Position numbers and translations under genes: made by a program. A stretch of DNA of 64,000 nucleotides. Source: Bacilli bacterium. GTDB lineage: Bacteria; Bacillota_I; Bacilli_A; RF39; UBA660. The notes under the pieces are model-generated. The model was not told where the DNA came from, did not search any database, and saw only the letters and a list, made by a program, of their open reading frames with translations. The stretch lies in the NCBI GenBank assembly GCA_017416535.1, contig JAFQCG010000003.1, positions 132,911 through 196,910 on the forward strand. Reading direction: 5' to 3'. Every line of letters starts with the position of its first letter. The stretch's first letter is position 1. This document shows positions 19,291 to 29,100 of this stretch, one piece after another.

Positions 19291-19500
19291 ATGATGAAAT
19301 TAGACATTCAATTATTCGCAGTTCCTTTCCGTAAGGTTTCAAAAACAAGAAAGAGAATGAGAAGAAGTCACAATGCTATGGAAGTTCCTGGTATGGCAAA
19401 ATGTCCTAGTTGTGGTGAAATGGTAAAACCACATAGAGTTTGTCCAAAATGTGGAAACTACAAAGGAAATAAAGTAGTAGAAGTAAAAGAAGCAGAATAA
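19291..19500 (+). CDS. rpmF: 50S ribosomal protein L32 with a 9-residue N-terminal propeptide ([15 protein letters not shown])
   Basis: [20 protein letters not shown] ... CPSCGE ... CPKCG is canonical L32. RBS aaagaggag 7 nt before the first ATG; no alternative start downstream. Confidence 0.85.
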   Translation: MMKLDIQLFAVPFRKVSKTRKRMRRSHNAMEVPGMAKCPSCGEMVKPHRVCPKCGNYKGNKVVEVKEAE

Positions 19501-19513
19501 TGCTTCTTTTTTT
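19487..19513 (+). terminator. Rho-independent terminator
   Basis: aagaagcag-aataa-tgcttctt plus T-run. Confidence 0.6.
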
Positions 19514-19583
19514 GTTATATTCTAGACAACAAATTAATAAAATGATAAACTTAAATAGATAGTATAAAAGATAGGTGAAGTAA

Positions 19584-21782
19584 ATGAAAACCAGAAAAAA
19601 TCAAAAAGGATTTACCTTAGTAGAATTGTTAGTTGCTATATCAATATTAGGTCTTATTATGGTAATCGCAATACCTCAAATAAGTAATATTCAAACAAGT
19701 AACAAAAATACTAAATATAAGAAATATGCAGAGTCAATGATAACGAGTGCCAAACTATATACAGATTCATATACTCAAGATATGTTTGGAAATAATCAAA
19801 GCGGATGTGTAGATATTCCATATGAAGATATGAAAGACAAAGACTTACTAAAGGATTTTAAACTAGAAGGTTCAACTTGTAACCATCCAGGTAAGACTTT
19901 TATTCGTGTAAGAAAAGCCAACGACCACTATCTATATCAATCATCAATTTATTGTACAGATAAATCCGGAAAAGTTGTTTATGATAAACAATTATCTGCA
20001 ACAGGATGTGATGATAAACCAGATACAAAAGGCCCTACAATGACAATAGATGCTGCACCAACTGCATGGTCTAAAGGTGTAGGTGTAAAAGCAACAGTAA
20101 GAATTTGGGACGAATACGGAATGCTTGAAAATATAAAAATCAAACTTGTTTGGACAAAAGAAGGAGCAGAAGTAGGTACACCAGTAGAATATAATTTTAA
20201 AAATAAAAGATATGCAGCATCAACTTCATCAACTGCATTAACATATTCAATAGAAGTGCCTCAAAATGCAACAGGTCAATATATTTTAAAAGCAATACCA
20301 GTAGATGTCAGAGATTCAGTTGGAAATTATCAAAAGAATACTGTTCAATCAGGAGCATTTAAATTAGATAATACAAAACCAAGAGTAACAGGAACAACAA
20401 ATGACAGTAATAGTCAATGGACAAATAAAGATGTAACTATTACAGCAACAGGTGCAGATGATCATTCTGGAGTAAAACAAATTTATTATTACTATTCTGC
20501 AGATAATAAACTAAAAGATTGGAATGAAGATAATAAAGAATCAGTTAAAGGAATTTGGTCAGCTCAAAGAAATAATGAAGCGTTTATAATTGTAGAAGAT
20601 GCAGTAGGAAATTTCTCAGAACCAGTATCTGCAGGACATATAAAAATCGACAAAACAAAACCAACTGTAGGTACAGTTACAAATGATAGTGATAGTAAAT
20701 GGGTAAATAGAAATGTAGTTATTACAGCAACAGCCTCAGATACAGGTGGATCTAAGTTAGAAGGAATATATTATTACTATAATGATGATTCAACAAATAG
20801 AAATGACTGGGACTCAGGTAGTACAATATCTTCTGTAACCGGAACATGGGGAGCAGAAAGAAACAATACAGTATCAATTATTGCTAAAGATAATGCTGGT
20901 AATGTATCAGATGCAGCATCAGCTGGTTCAGTTAAAATAGATAAAACAAAACCGGTAATTAGTAGCATTTCAAATCCAAAAAACAATACTCCTACAGTTC
21001 CAGGGCTAAAAGTAACTTTAACTGGAGGAGATTCAGGAACATACCAATCAGGAATTGCTAAATGGAGATATCATTATCCAAATCAAGACTGGTCTGATAT
21101 AAGTAATTCAAACTATTCTCCATATGTAGATACATTTACAGCGCTAAGATCGGCAACAACAACATATTACAGTTTATGTGATATAGCGGGAAATTGTTCA
21201 GATGCATCAACAACAATTGTACACATTGTATCAGCATGTTCTTCAACTACAACAACTTGGTCAGGAACATGGACAACATGTACAAAAAAATGTGGAACTG
21301 GAACGCAAACTCAATCAGGTACAAAATATAGTACTTACACAGGTGAAAATTGTGGAACAACAAGTAAATCACAAAATTGTGAAACACAAGAATGTTGTAG
21401 TAAAGTAACGTATACGGATGGAGATAAATGTAGTGCTGATTGTGGTGGAGGAACAAAAAACAGACTAGCTTATTCATATTATGATGGTTCAAGATGTTCT
21501 TCCAAAGACACTGATACAGGAGGAGCTGCATGTAATACCCACACTTGTGGACCTCCATCACATACACATAAAACATCATTATTAGGAGATGTTTTACATA
21601 AGTGTGGACATCATTTATCATGTGGTACAACTCACTCAACAGCACACTGGGGATATTGTGGAGTATGTTATAACTATGGTAAAGTTTATCGTTCTGACAC
21701 GTACTCGCATTGTCCAGGAAAGAACCTAGATGGATGTAAATGGTGGAATACTTCATATCCAACATCTGTAAAAGGTTATTAA
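19584..21782 (+). CDS. giant type IV pilin-like protein (ComGC-type class III signal peptide) with Ig-like repeats and a C-terminal TSP1-like Cys/His-rich region
   Basis: MKTRKNQKG|FTLVELLVAISILGLIMVIAIP (G|F cleavage site, Glu+5). Two tandem approximately 100-aa repeats marked by KIDKTKP / KLDNTKP. C-terminal TWSGTWTTCTKKCGTGTQTQ. Confidence 0.65.
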   Translation: MKTRKNQKGFTLVELLVAISILGLIMVIAIPQISNIQTSNKNTKYKKYAESMITSAKLYTDSYTQDMFGNNQSGCVDIPYEDMKDKDLLKDFKLEGSTCNHPGKTFIRVRKANDHYLYQSSIYCTDKSGKVVYDKQLSATGCDDKPDTKGPTMTIDAAPTAWSKGVGVKATVRIWDEYGMLENIKIKLVWTKEGAEVGTPVEYNFKNKRYAASTSSTALTYSIEVPQNATGQYILKAIPVDVRDSVGNYQKNTVQSGAFKLDNTKPRVTGTTNDSNSQWTNKDVTITATGADDHSGVKQIYYYYSADNKLKDWNEDNKESVKGIWSAQRNNEAFIIVEDAVGNFSEPVSAGHIKIDKTKPTVGTVTNDSDSKWVNRNVVITATASDTGGSKLEGIYYYYNDDSTNRNDWDSGSTISSVTGTWGAERNNTVSIIAKDNAGNVSDAASAGSVKIDKTKPVISSISNPKNNTPTVPGLKVTLTGGDSGTYQSGIAKWRYHYPNQDWSDISNSNYSPYVDTFTALRSATTTYYSLCDIAGNCSDASTTIVHIVSACSSTTTTWSGTWTTCTKKCGTGTQTQSGTKYSTYTGENCGTTSKSQNCETQECCSKVTYTDGDKCSADCGGGTKNRLAYSYYDGSRCSSKDTDTGGAACNTHTCGPPSHTHKTSLLGDVLHKCGHHLSCGTTHSTAHWGYCGVCYNYGKVYRSDTYSHCPGKNLDGCKWWNTSYPTSVKGY

Positions 21783-21797
21783 AAGAGGTGAATACAT

Positions 21798-22262
21798 ATG
21801 AAAAAAGCAAATATATTTGTAATAATTGTATTAATTCTAGGTATTGGATTAATCGCAGCTGGAATGTTTGTAAAAGTAGATAAAAAAGGAGAAGAAAGAG
21901 ATCCCCTAGAAAATAAAGAAGGATATATCTATGGAGATAAATATATTGATGATTATAAAGAAATTGGTTCTAAAGCTCTAACTAAAGATCAAATATTTGA
22001 TAAAATTAAGTACACACAAAATCACTTATCAACTACATCAGATGAATTCGCAACATTTACTTCAGTAATTTATAACCAAACAGGAGAAAATATAAAATTA
22101 CAAAAATTAGAAATTGACTTCTACGATGCAGAAAAAAAACTAATCGCAACAATGCCAAGTGAAATAGAAAATCTTTCCCCAGATGCAAGCACTGTAATAT
22201 TTGGAATAGTTGAAAAAAATCTTACAAAAGCAGATTCATTTATCGTAAGACAAGTACAATAA
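21798..22262 (+). CDS. small N-terminally membrane-anchored protein, partner of the pilin-like gene
   Basis: 154 aa, single N-terminal TM. Starts 13 nt after the pilin stop and is followed by a terminator. Confidence 0.4.
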   Translation: MKKANIFVIIVLILGIGLIAAGMFVKVDKKGEERDPLENKEGYIYGDKYIDDYKEIGSKALTKDQIFDKIKYTQNHLSTTSDEFATFTSVIYNQTGENIKLQKLEIDFYDAEKKLIATMPSEIENLSPDASTVIFGIVEKNLTKADSFIVRQVQ

Positions 22263-22287
22263 AAGAGTGAATTATCACTCTTTTTTA
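22262..22287 (+). terminator. Rho-independent terminator
   Basis: aaagagtga-atta-tcactcttt plus T6. Confidence 0.6.
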
Positions 22288-22344
22288 ATGCTTAAAAACT
22301 TGCTACCAAAACTAATAAATTATATAATAAAAGAAGGTGATATA

Positions 22345-24672
22345 ATGAACGAATATATTAAAGATAACTTACTTATAATTTGTCCAAATGAAGAAAAAAT
22401 AAAGATACTAGATAACTTAAATAAAGAAGATAAATTATATGATATAAAATTTATGACAAAAGAAGAATTTAAAAATAATTATTATTTTTCATATAATGAA
22501 AAAACTTTATATTATCTTTTAACTAAATATAATTTAAATTTAGATGTTGCTAAAGTATATTTAAAGAACCTTTATGTAATTGATATTTCAAAAGATTATT
22601 CTTCTCCTAAATTAAAATTCTTACAAAATATAAAGAAAGAATTATTAGAAAATAATTTATTAGAAGAAAATAAAAACTTTAAAAAATACATAAGTACTAA
22701 AAACATTCTAGTAAAATCTTATTATAATTTAGATAAATATGAAGAAGAAATGTTAAATGCAAAATTAGAACTTCCTGCATCAACTTTAAATAATAAAGTA
22801 GTAGAATGTAATACACTAGAAGAAGAAGTTAATTATGTCTGTCTAAAAATATTAGATTTATTAAAAGAAGGAATTGATATAAATAAAATTTATCTTACAA
22901 ATATATCAAATGATTACTTATATACTATTAATAAGTTATTCAAATACTATAATATTCCAATTAACCTAGATATGAACAATTCAATTTACGGTACTAAAGT
23001 AGTAAAAGATTATTTAGAAACAAAAACACTAGATTTAGATAATAAAGACAAATTGCCAATTAATCGTAAATTAGTAAATATATTATCATCATTATCATCT
23101 CTAGATGAAAAAACAAAAGAATATGAAACTATTCTAATTGATAAACTAAAAAGTACTAAGTTACCAACAAAGAAAAAACAAAACGCCATTAATATTAAAG
23201 ATATATACAAAGAATCCTTTTCAAGTGATGAGTATGTATTTGTTCTTGGTTTCAATCAAGATGTTCTTCCTAAGATGGAAAAAGATATTTCTTATATTAA
23301 TGATTCCATTAAAGACGAAGTGTCTCTTTATAAAACATCATACCTAAATAAAAGAAACAAACAAGCTCTTGTATATATATTAAGTAATATTAAAAATTTA
23401 TATTTATCATACAAACTATCATCACCATTTAGTAGTTTTTATAAATCAAGTTTAATAACTGATTTAAATTTAGAAGTTATTAAACCAGATCAAGATAATT
23501 TAAATAAATCAAATTTATATAATAAAATTCGTTTAGCAGAAAAACTTGATTTATATAATTTATATGGCGAAAAAGATGAAACATTAACAAAATTATTTAC
23601 CCATTACAACATTCCATATAATACATATTCAAATAAATTTAGTGGAATAAATAACGATACATATTTAACGAACTTACCATATCCATTAAAGTTATCATAC
23701 ACATCCCTTAATTCATATAATGAGTGTGCCTTTAAATACTACATTAAGTACGTATTAAAATTAGATAAATATGAAGATACATTCGCAGCATTTATTGGAT
23801 CTTTATATCACAATATTTTAGAGTTGTATCAAAAAACTAATTTCGACTTTGAAACTGAATATAGAAAATATTTAGAAAAAAGAGAATTAAATCTAAAAGA
23901 AAAATTACTATTAATCAGAATAAAGAAAGATTTAATTCACTTAATCGATACACTAAAACAACAACAACTTTTAACAGGATATGATGAAACTTTATTTGAG
24001 AAAAAAGTAGAAGTTGAATTAGATAAAAATGTTTCAGTAGTATTTACGGGAACAATCGATAAAATTATGTATTATAAAAAAATAGAAGATACATATTTCA
24101 CATTAGTTGATTATAAGACTGGATTTATTGATACACATATTGAACCAATGAAATATGGACTTCATATGCAACTGCCAGTTTACTTATATTTAATTCACTA
24201 TTCTAAAGTATTTGCTAATCCAATATTTACAGGAATTTATTATCAAAATATAATGTTTAACTATCCAACATGGAATGGTAAAAAAGATAGTGAACAAATA
24301 TACAAAGAAAATTTAATGCTTCAAGGATACTCAACCGAAGATACATCCATTTTAGCCAGATTCGATTCAACATACGAAAAAAGTGAGTATATAAAAAGTA
24401 TGTCATATACAGAAGAAAAAGGCTTTGGTACATATGCTAAAACCATAAATGACGAAACTTTATATGATTTAGTACAATATACAAAGAATCATATATCTAA
24501 AAAAACAGATGAAATTTTAGCATCAAAATTTGATATCAATCCAAAAGTATATGCTGGAAAAAATATCGCTTGCGAATTCTGTAAGTTTAAAGATTTATGC
24601 TTTATGAAAGAAAATGATCAAAAGTATTTAGATAAAGTAGATGACTTATCATTTTTAGGAGGTGAAGAATAA
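22345..24672 (+). CDS. addB: helicase-nuclease complex subunit AddB/RexB
   Basis: Sits upstream of addA and overlaps it by 1 nt. C-terminal PD-(D/E)xK (TLVDYKTG) and Cys cluster CEFCKFKDLC. Start chosen at the ATG at 22345 after RBS aagaaggtga. Confidence 0.7.
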   Translation: MNEYIKDNLLIICPNEEKIKILDNLNKEDKLYDIKFMTKEEFKNNYYFSYNEKTLYYLLTKYNLNLDVAKVYLKNLYVIDISKDYSSPKLKFLQNIKKELLENNLLEENKNFKKYISTKNILVKSYYNLDKYEEEMLNAKLELPASTLNNKVVECNTLEEEVNYVCLKILDLLKEGIDINKIYLTNISNDYLYTINKLFKYYNIPINLDMNNSIYGTKVVKDYLETKTLDLDNKDKLPINRKLVNILSSLSSLDEKTKEYETILIDKLKSTKLPTKKKQNAINIKDIYKESFSSDEYVFVLGFNQDVLPKMEKDISYINDSIKDEVSLYKTSYLNKRNKQALVYILSNIKNLYLSYKLSSPFSSFYKSSLITDLNLEVIKPDQDNLNKSNLYNKIRLAEKLDLYNLYGEKDETLTKLFTHYNIPYNTYSNKFSGINNDTYLTNLPYPLKLSYTSLNSYNECAFKYYIKYVLKLDKYEDTFAAFIGSLYHNILELYQKTNFDFETEYRKYLEKRELNLKEKLLLIRIKKDLIHLIDTLKQQQLLTGYDETLFEKKVEVELDKNVSVVFTGTIDKIMYYKKIEDTYFTLVDYKTGFIDTHIEPMKYGLHMQLPVYLYLIHYSKVFANPIFTGIYYQNIMFNYPTWNGKKDSEQIYKENLMLQGYSTEDTSILARFDSTYEKSEYIKSMSYTEEKGFGTYAKTINDETLYDLVQYTKNHISKKTDEILASKFDINPKVYAGKNIACEFCKFKDLCFMKENDQKYLDKVDDLSFLGGEE

Positions 24673-27600
24673 TGCCAAGTTGGACACCAGAGCAACAAGA
24701 TGCCATAAACTTAGAAGGTAAAAATATAATAGTCTCAGCTGGAGCAGGTTCTGGAAAAACAGCAGTCCTTACCGAACGTGTTCTTCGCAAACTAAAAAGT
24801 GGTATTCATATTAATGAACTACTAGTTTTAACATTCACCAATGCAGCCGCAGCAGAAATGAAAGAAAGAATTAGAAAAGCTATTAATAAAACACCTGGCT
24901 TAGAAGAAGAGGCTAATTTAATTGATGGAGCCTATATCACAACATTCGATTCTTTCTCATTATCAATTGTTAAAAAATATCATACAAAACTAAATGTAAC
25001 TAGTAATATTAAAATTACTGATGAAGTGGTAATAGATATAGAAAAAAATAGAATTCTAGATGAAATAATGGAGAGAAATTATTTATCTCCAAAAGAAGAT
25101 TTCACAAAACTAATTCAAAATTTCTGTTTAAAAGATGACAAAGAACTAAAAGGATATATTTTAAATACATACAAAAAAATAGAATTAAAATATGATAAAG
25201 AAAAGTATTTAGAAAATTACTTCAACGAAGAATTTACTGATGAAAAAATAAATAGTTATATTAATGAATATATTAAATTAATTGATTCCAATCGTAAAAA
25301 CATTTCTAATTTATTAATTGAATTGAACGATTACTTTGATGGCGATTATGTAGTAGCAGTAGAAGACCAATTACATAAATTAATGAATGCAAAAACATAT
25401 GAAGAAATCTATAATTCATTAGATTTTAAATCAATAAAAGCAGTACCTAAAGGTAGTGATGAAAGAGGAAAAAGAGTAAAAGAAGCCATCTCTGATTTAA
25501 CAAAAGAAATTAAAGCGCTTGCTATTTATGAAACAACAGATGAAATGAAAGAAGAAATTTTATCTACTAAATCAAGTGTAAAAGTAATAATTGATATTTT
25601 AAAAGAACTTGATAAAGAATTAACAAATTACAAACAAGTTCATGAATTATATAATTTCACAGATATCGCAAGACTGGCAATTAAAGTAGTTGATGAATAT
25701 CCTGATATAAAAGAAGAACTAACAAACTCATTTAATGAAATATTAGTTGATGAATATCAAGATACATCTGACACTCAAGAAAAATTTATTTCACTTATTT
25801 CTAATAATAATGTTTATATGGTTGGAGATATCAAACAATCTATTTATCGTTTTAGAAATGCCAATCCATATATCTTTAAAAATAAATATGATTTATATCG
25901 TGATACAGATGCCGGTATAAAAATAGATTTAGTAAAAAACTTTAGATCAAGAAAAGAAGTATTAGAAAATATAAATCTCTTATTTGATTTATTTATGGAT
26001 GATGAAATAGGCGGAGCAGACTATAAAGCATCACACAGAATGGTCTTTGGAAACAATTCTTATCTTGAACAAGGATATACTGAACAAAACTATAATTTAG
26101 ATGTTTTAACTTATAAAGAAGTTCCAAAACCATTTACTAAAGATGAACAAGAAGCTTTTATTATAGGAACAGATATAATTGAAAAAATAACTAATAAATT
26201 CCAAGTGTTTGATAAAGATACAGGAGTGCTTAGAAATATTGAATATAAAGACTTTGTAATATTACTAGATAAAAGTAAAAACTTTGATTTATACAAAAAA
26301 ATATTTGAGTACTTACATATTCCACTAACAATATTAAAAGATGAATCTCTTCGTAAAGACCAAGATGTTTTAGTCTTAAAAAATCTAATTAATTTACTAA
26401 TATGTATAAAAGAAAAAAGATTTGATGAAGACTTTAAATATAGTTTTACTTCAATTTCTCGTAGTTACTTATTCAAAATAACAGATGAAGAATTATATGA
26501 CATTCATATATCTAATAAATACCAAGAAACAGATCTTTATAAATTATGTTTAGAAGTAATTAATGAAATAGATACAATGTCTCCATCAGCATTCTTAAAC
26601 TATGTTTTAGAAAAATTTAATTATGATGAAAAACTATTAACTATAGGAAATGTTAAATCATTTAGAATACGTTCTGAATATTTCTATAACTTAGTAAAAA
26701 ACTTTGAAGAAAATGGAAATACAATTTATGATTTTTCTGCATATTTAGATCAAATATTTGATAATGATTATGACTTAAAATTCTCTGTTAATACATCATC
26801 ATCAAATAGTTGTAAGATAATGACAATTCATAAATCAAAAGGACTAGAATTCCCAATTTGTTATTTCGCAGGTTTCTCTGGTAAATTTAATACTCAAGAA
26901 TTAAAAGAAAGAATAATCTATGACAACAAGTATGGTTTAGTTGTTCAAAAAGTAGATGAATATTATAAAGATACTATTCTTAAAACACTACTTAAAAATT
27001 CAACTAAGAAAGAAGAAATATCAGAAAAAATAAGACTTTTATATGTTGCTGTAACACGTGCTAAAGAAAAAATGATTATAGTTATGCCAGAGACTGATGA
27101 AGAGTCTGAAACATTAGAAATAGTACCAGTCTATGAAAGAAATAAATATAATAGTTTCTTATCAATTGTAAAAAGTATATTTTCTGTACTTCTACCATTT
27201 GAAATAAAAAAAGAAATAGAAGTAAATAGAAAATATCAAATAACAGAAGATACATCTAGTGAAGAAGAATTAAAAGAAAATATCGATAACTTAGAAGTAA
27301 AAGAAAATGAATATGAAGAAACAATTTTAGAGGAACAACACTATTCAAAAGAATCACTTCACATCATTTCTAAGGAAGAACAAGAAGTAATGGACTTTGG
27401 TACAAAAGTTCATGAAGTTTTAGAACAAATGGATTTTAAAAATAGTGAAGAATATTTAAATAATATTGATAAAAATATAAAAGAAAAAATAAAAATATTC
27501 TTAGAAACTCCAATTATAAAAGAAAATATAAATAATAAAATGTATAAAGAATATGAATTCACATATCTTGAGGAAAACTCTATCTCACATGGAATTATTG

Positions 27601-27785
27601 ACTTACTAATTGAAAGAGATGACAAAATGATTATTATAGATTATAAGTTAAAAAATACATCTGATGAAGCCTACGATAAACAATTAAATGGTTATCGTAA
27701 AGTAATTAAGGAAAAGACAAATAAAGATGTAGAATGTTACTTATACTCAATAATAAATAGTGAATTTAGAAAAGTAGAAGAATAA
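24672..27785 (+). CDS. addA: ATP-dependent helicase/nuclease subunit AddA (UvrD-like helicase plus RecB-family nuclease)
   Basis: Walker A VSAGAGSGKTAVLTERV; helicase motifs; C-terminal nuclease IIDLLIERDDKMIIIDYKL. Confidence 0.85.
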   Translation: MPSWTPEQQDAINLEGKNIIVSAGAGSGKTAVLTERVLRKLKSGIHINELLVLTFTNAAAAEMKERIRKAINKTPGLEEEANLIDGAYITTFDSFSLSIVKKYHTKLNVTSNIKITDEVVIDIEKNRILDEIMERNYLSPKEDFTKLIQNFCLKDDKELKGYILNTYKKIELKYDKEKYLENYFNEEFTDEKINSYINEYIKLIDSNRKNISNLLIELNDYFDGDYVVAVEDQLHKLMNAKTYEEIYNSLDFKSIKAVPKGSDERGKRVKEAISDLTKEIKALAIYETTDEMKEEILSTKSSVKVIIDILKELDKELTNYKQVHELYNFTDIARLAIKVVDEYPDIKEELTNSFNEILVDEYQDTSDTQEKFISLISNNNVYMVGDIKQSIYRFRNANPYIFKNKYDLYRDTDAGIKIDLVKNFRSRKEVLENINLLFDLFMDDEIGGADYKASHRMVFGNNSYLEQGYTEQNYNLDVLTYKEVPKPFTKDEQEAFIIGTDIIEKITNKFQVFDKDTGVLRNIEYKDFVILLDKSKNFDLYKKIFEYLHIPLTILKDESLRKDQDVLVLKNLINLLICIKEKRFDEDFKYSFTSISRSYLFKITDEELYDIHISNKYQETDLYKLCLEVINEIDTMSPSAFLNYVLEKFNYDEKLLTIGNVKSFRIRSEYFYNLVKNFEENGNTIYDFSAYLDQIFDNDYDLKFSVNTSSSNSCKIMTIHKSKGLEFPICYFAGFSGKFNTQELKERIIYDNKYGLVVQKVDEYYKDTILKTLLKNSTKKEEISEKIRLLYVAVTRAKEKMIIVMPETDEESETLEIVPVYERNKYNSFLSIVKSIFSVLLPFEIKKEIEVNRKYQITEDTSSEEELKENIDNLEVKENEYEETILEEQHYSKESLHIISKEEQEVMDFGTKVHEVLEQMDFKNSEEYLNNIDKNIKEKIKIFLETPIIKENINNKMYKEYEFTYLEENSISHGIIDLLIERDDKMIIIDYKLKNTSDEAYDKQLNGYRKVIKEKTNKDVECYLYSIINSEFRKVEE

Positions 27786-27787
27786 AA

Positions 27788-27822
27788 CAAACTCGTATTG
27801 ACTGTACAATGCGAGTTTTATA
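27788..27822 (+). terminator. probable intrinsic terminator
   Basis: aaactcgtattg...caatgcgagttt hairpin, weak U-tract. Confidence 0.4.
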
Positions 27823-27873
27823 ATTGTAATAAAGAAAAAAATAAACTATAATTTAAATATAGTAGGTGATTAT

Positions 27874-29100
27874 ATGGAACATAATAGAAAACAAAAATTA
27901 TTAATGATTATTGCATTGGTAGTAGGAATTGCATCTTTATCTGTAGGTTTCGCAGCATTTTCAACAACACTAAATATTTCATCAAGTGCAAGTGTAACAC
28001 CAAGTAGTGCGGATTTTGCAGTAAAGTTTTCAACTAGTCAAACTAGTTTAGTAACAGATGCAGTAGTACATTCAAGTAAAACAACCGGTATAACTACAAC
28101 AAATGGAACAATAGTAAATAGTGTTTCACCAACTCTTTCAAATTTATCAGCAAGTTTTACTAGTCCAGGACAATATGTAGAATATACTGTATATGCAAGA
28201 AATGAAGGAGAGTATACTGCTTACTTAAATAATATTAATTATATAGGAGATAAAACATGTATTACATCATCTGGTACAACAGAATCTTTAGTTCAAAGTG
28301 CATGTAATTCAATAAATATAACAGTAACAATTGAAAATACAACATATGATGATACAACACCAATTTCTTCTCATGCCTTAGCAAAAGGAGCAAGTGAAAC
28401 AATAAAGGTAAGATTAGAATATGCAGAAAATGGAACAGCAGTAGATGGATCATTTAAAATAACATTCCCAAGCATTTCACTAGTTTACTCAACAATAGAT
28501 AATTCATCAATGGATGGAAAAGTAGTAAGAGTAGTAAGTGGAGATATAAATACACCTGGTAGTGTAGTTGCGATAGGAAATGAGCAATTCTATGTATTTG
28601 ACAAAGAAAATGGAAATGTAAAATTACTTTCTATGTATAATCTAAGAGTTGGAAACAGTGTAGACGAAGAATGGAACGTAACACCACTAACAAACACAAC
28701 TGGAATACAAGATAGTGAAGCAAGAGGATATGTAGATGGAGAATTTCCATTTATAGGAACAACAGCATTTTCAAATACAAATTCAACTTACTCGGGAAGT
28801 ATAGTAGAGGGATACGTAAATAACTATAAAACATATTTAACAAACATGGGAGTAGATATCTCATCAGCAAGATTAATAAAAAAGGCAGAACTTGAAAAAT
28901 TAGGATGCAACGAAGACGATTATAGTTGCAGTGACGCTCCAAGTTGGGTTTACTCAACTTCATATTGGTCGGGGTCGGCCCGTGATGCTGACTTTGTGTG
29001 GAGTGTGATTAGTTATGCGGGCTTTGTCGACAGCGACTCTAACCGTGATGACGACGTCGGCGTGCGTCCAGTTATAGAAATCTCTGAATCTATTTTCTAG
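27874..29100 (+). CDS. secreted protein with a TasA/SipW-cognate-like signal peptide and a C-terminal DUF1566 (Lcl C-terminal)-like module
   Basis: N-terminus LSVGFAAFSTTLNISS. C-terminus YWSGSARDADFVWSVISYAGFVD ... GVRPVIEI. The C-terminal 130 nt are markedly GC-rich. Confidence 0.45.
   Translation: MEHNRKQKLLMIIALVVGIASLSVGFAAFSTTLNISSSASVTPSSADFAVKFSTSQTSLVTDAVVHSSKTTGITTTNGTIVNSVSPTLSNLSASFTSPGQYVEYTVYARNEGEYTAYLNNINYIGDKTCITSSGTTESLVQSACNSINITVTIENTTYDDTTPISSHALAKGASETIKVRLEYAENGTAVDGSFKITFPSISLVYSTIDNSSMDGKVVRVVSGDINTPGSVVAIGNEQFYVFDKENGNVKLLSMYNLRVGNSVDEEWNVTPLTNTTGIQDSEARGYVDGEFPFIGTTAFSNTNSTYSGSIVEGYVNNYKTYLTNMGVDISSARLIKKAELEKLGCNEDDYSCSDAPSWVYSTSYWSGSARDADFVWSVISYAGFVDSDSNRDDDVGVRPVIEISESIF

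Noticed and set aside
21247-21810. 187-aa minus-strand ORF and the 21202..21408 plus-strand ORF inside the pilin-like gene
   Set aside because: They overlap the well-supported pilin coding frame. Their translations are low-complexity, His/Leu-rich artefacts of the Cys/Thr-rich sense frame.
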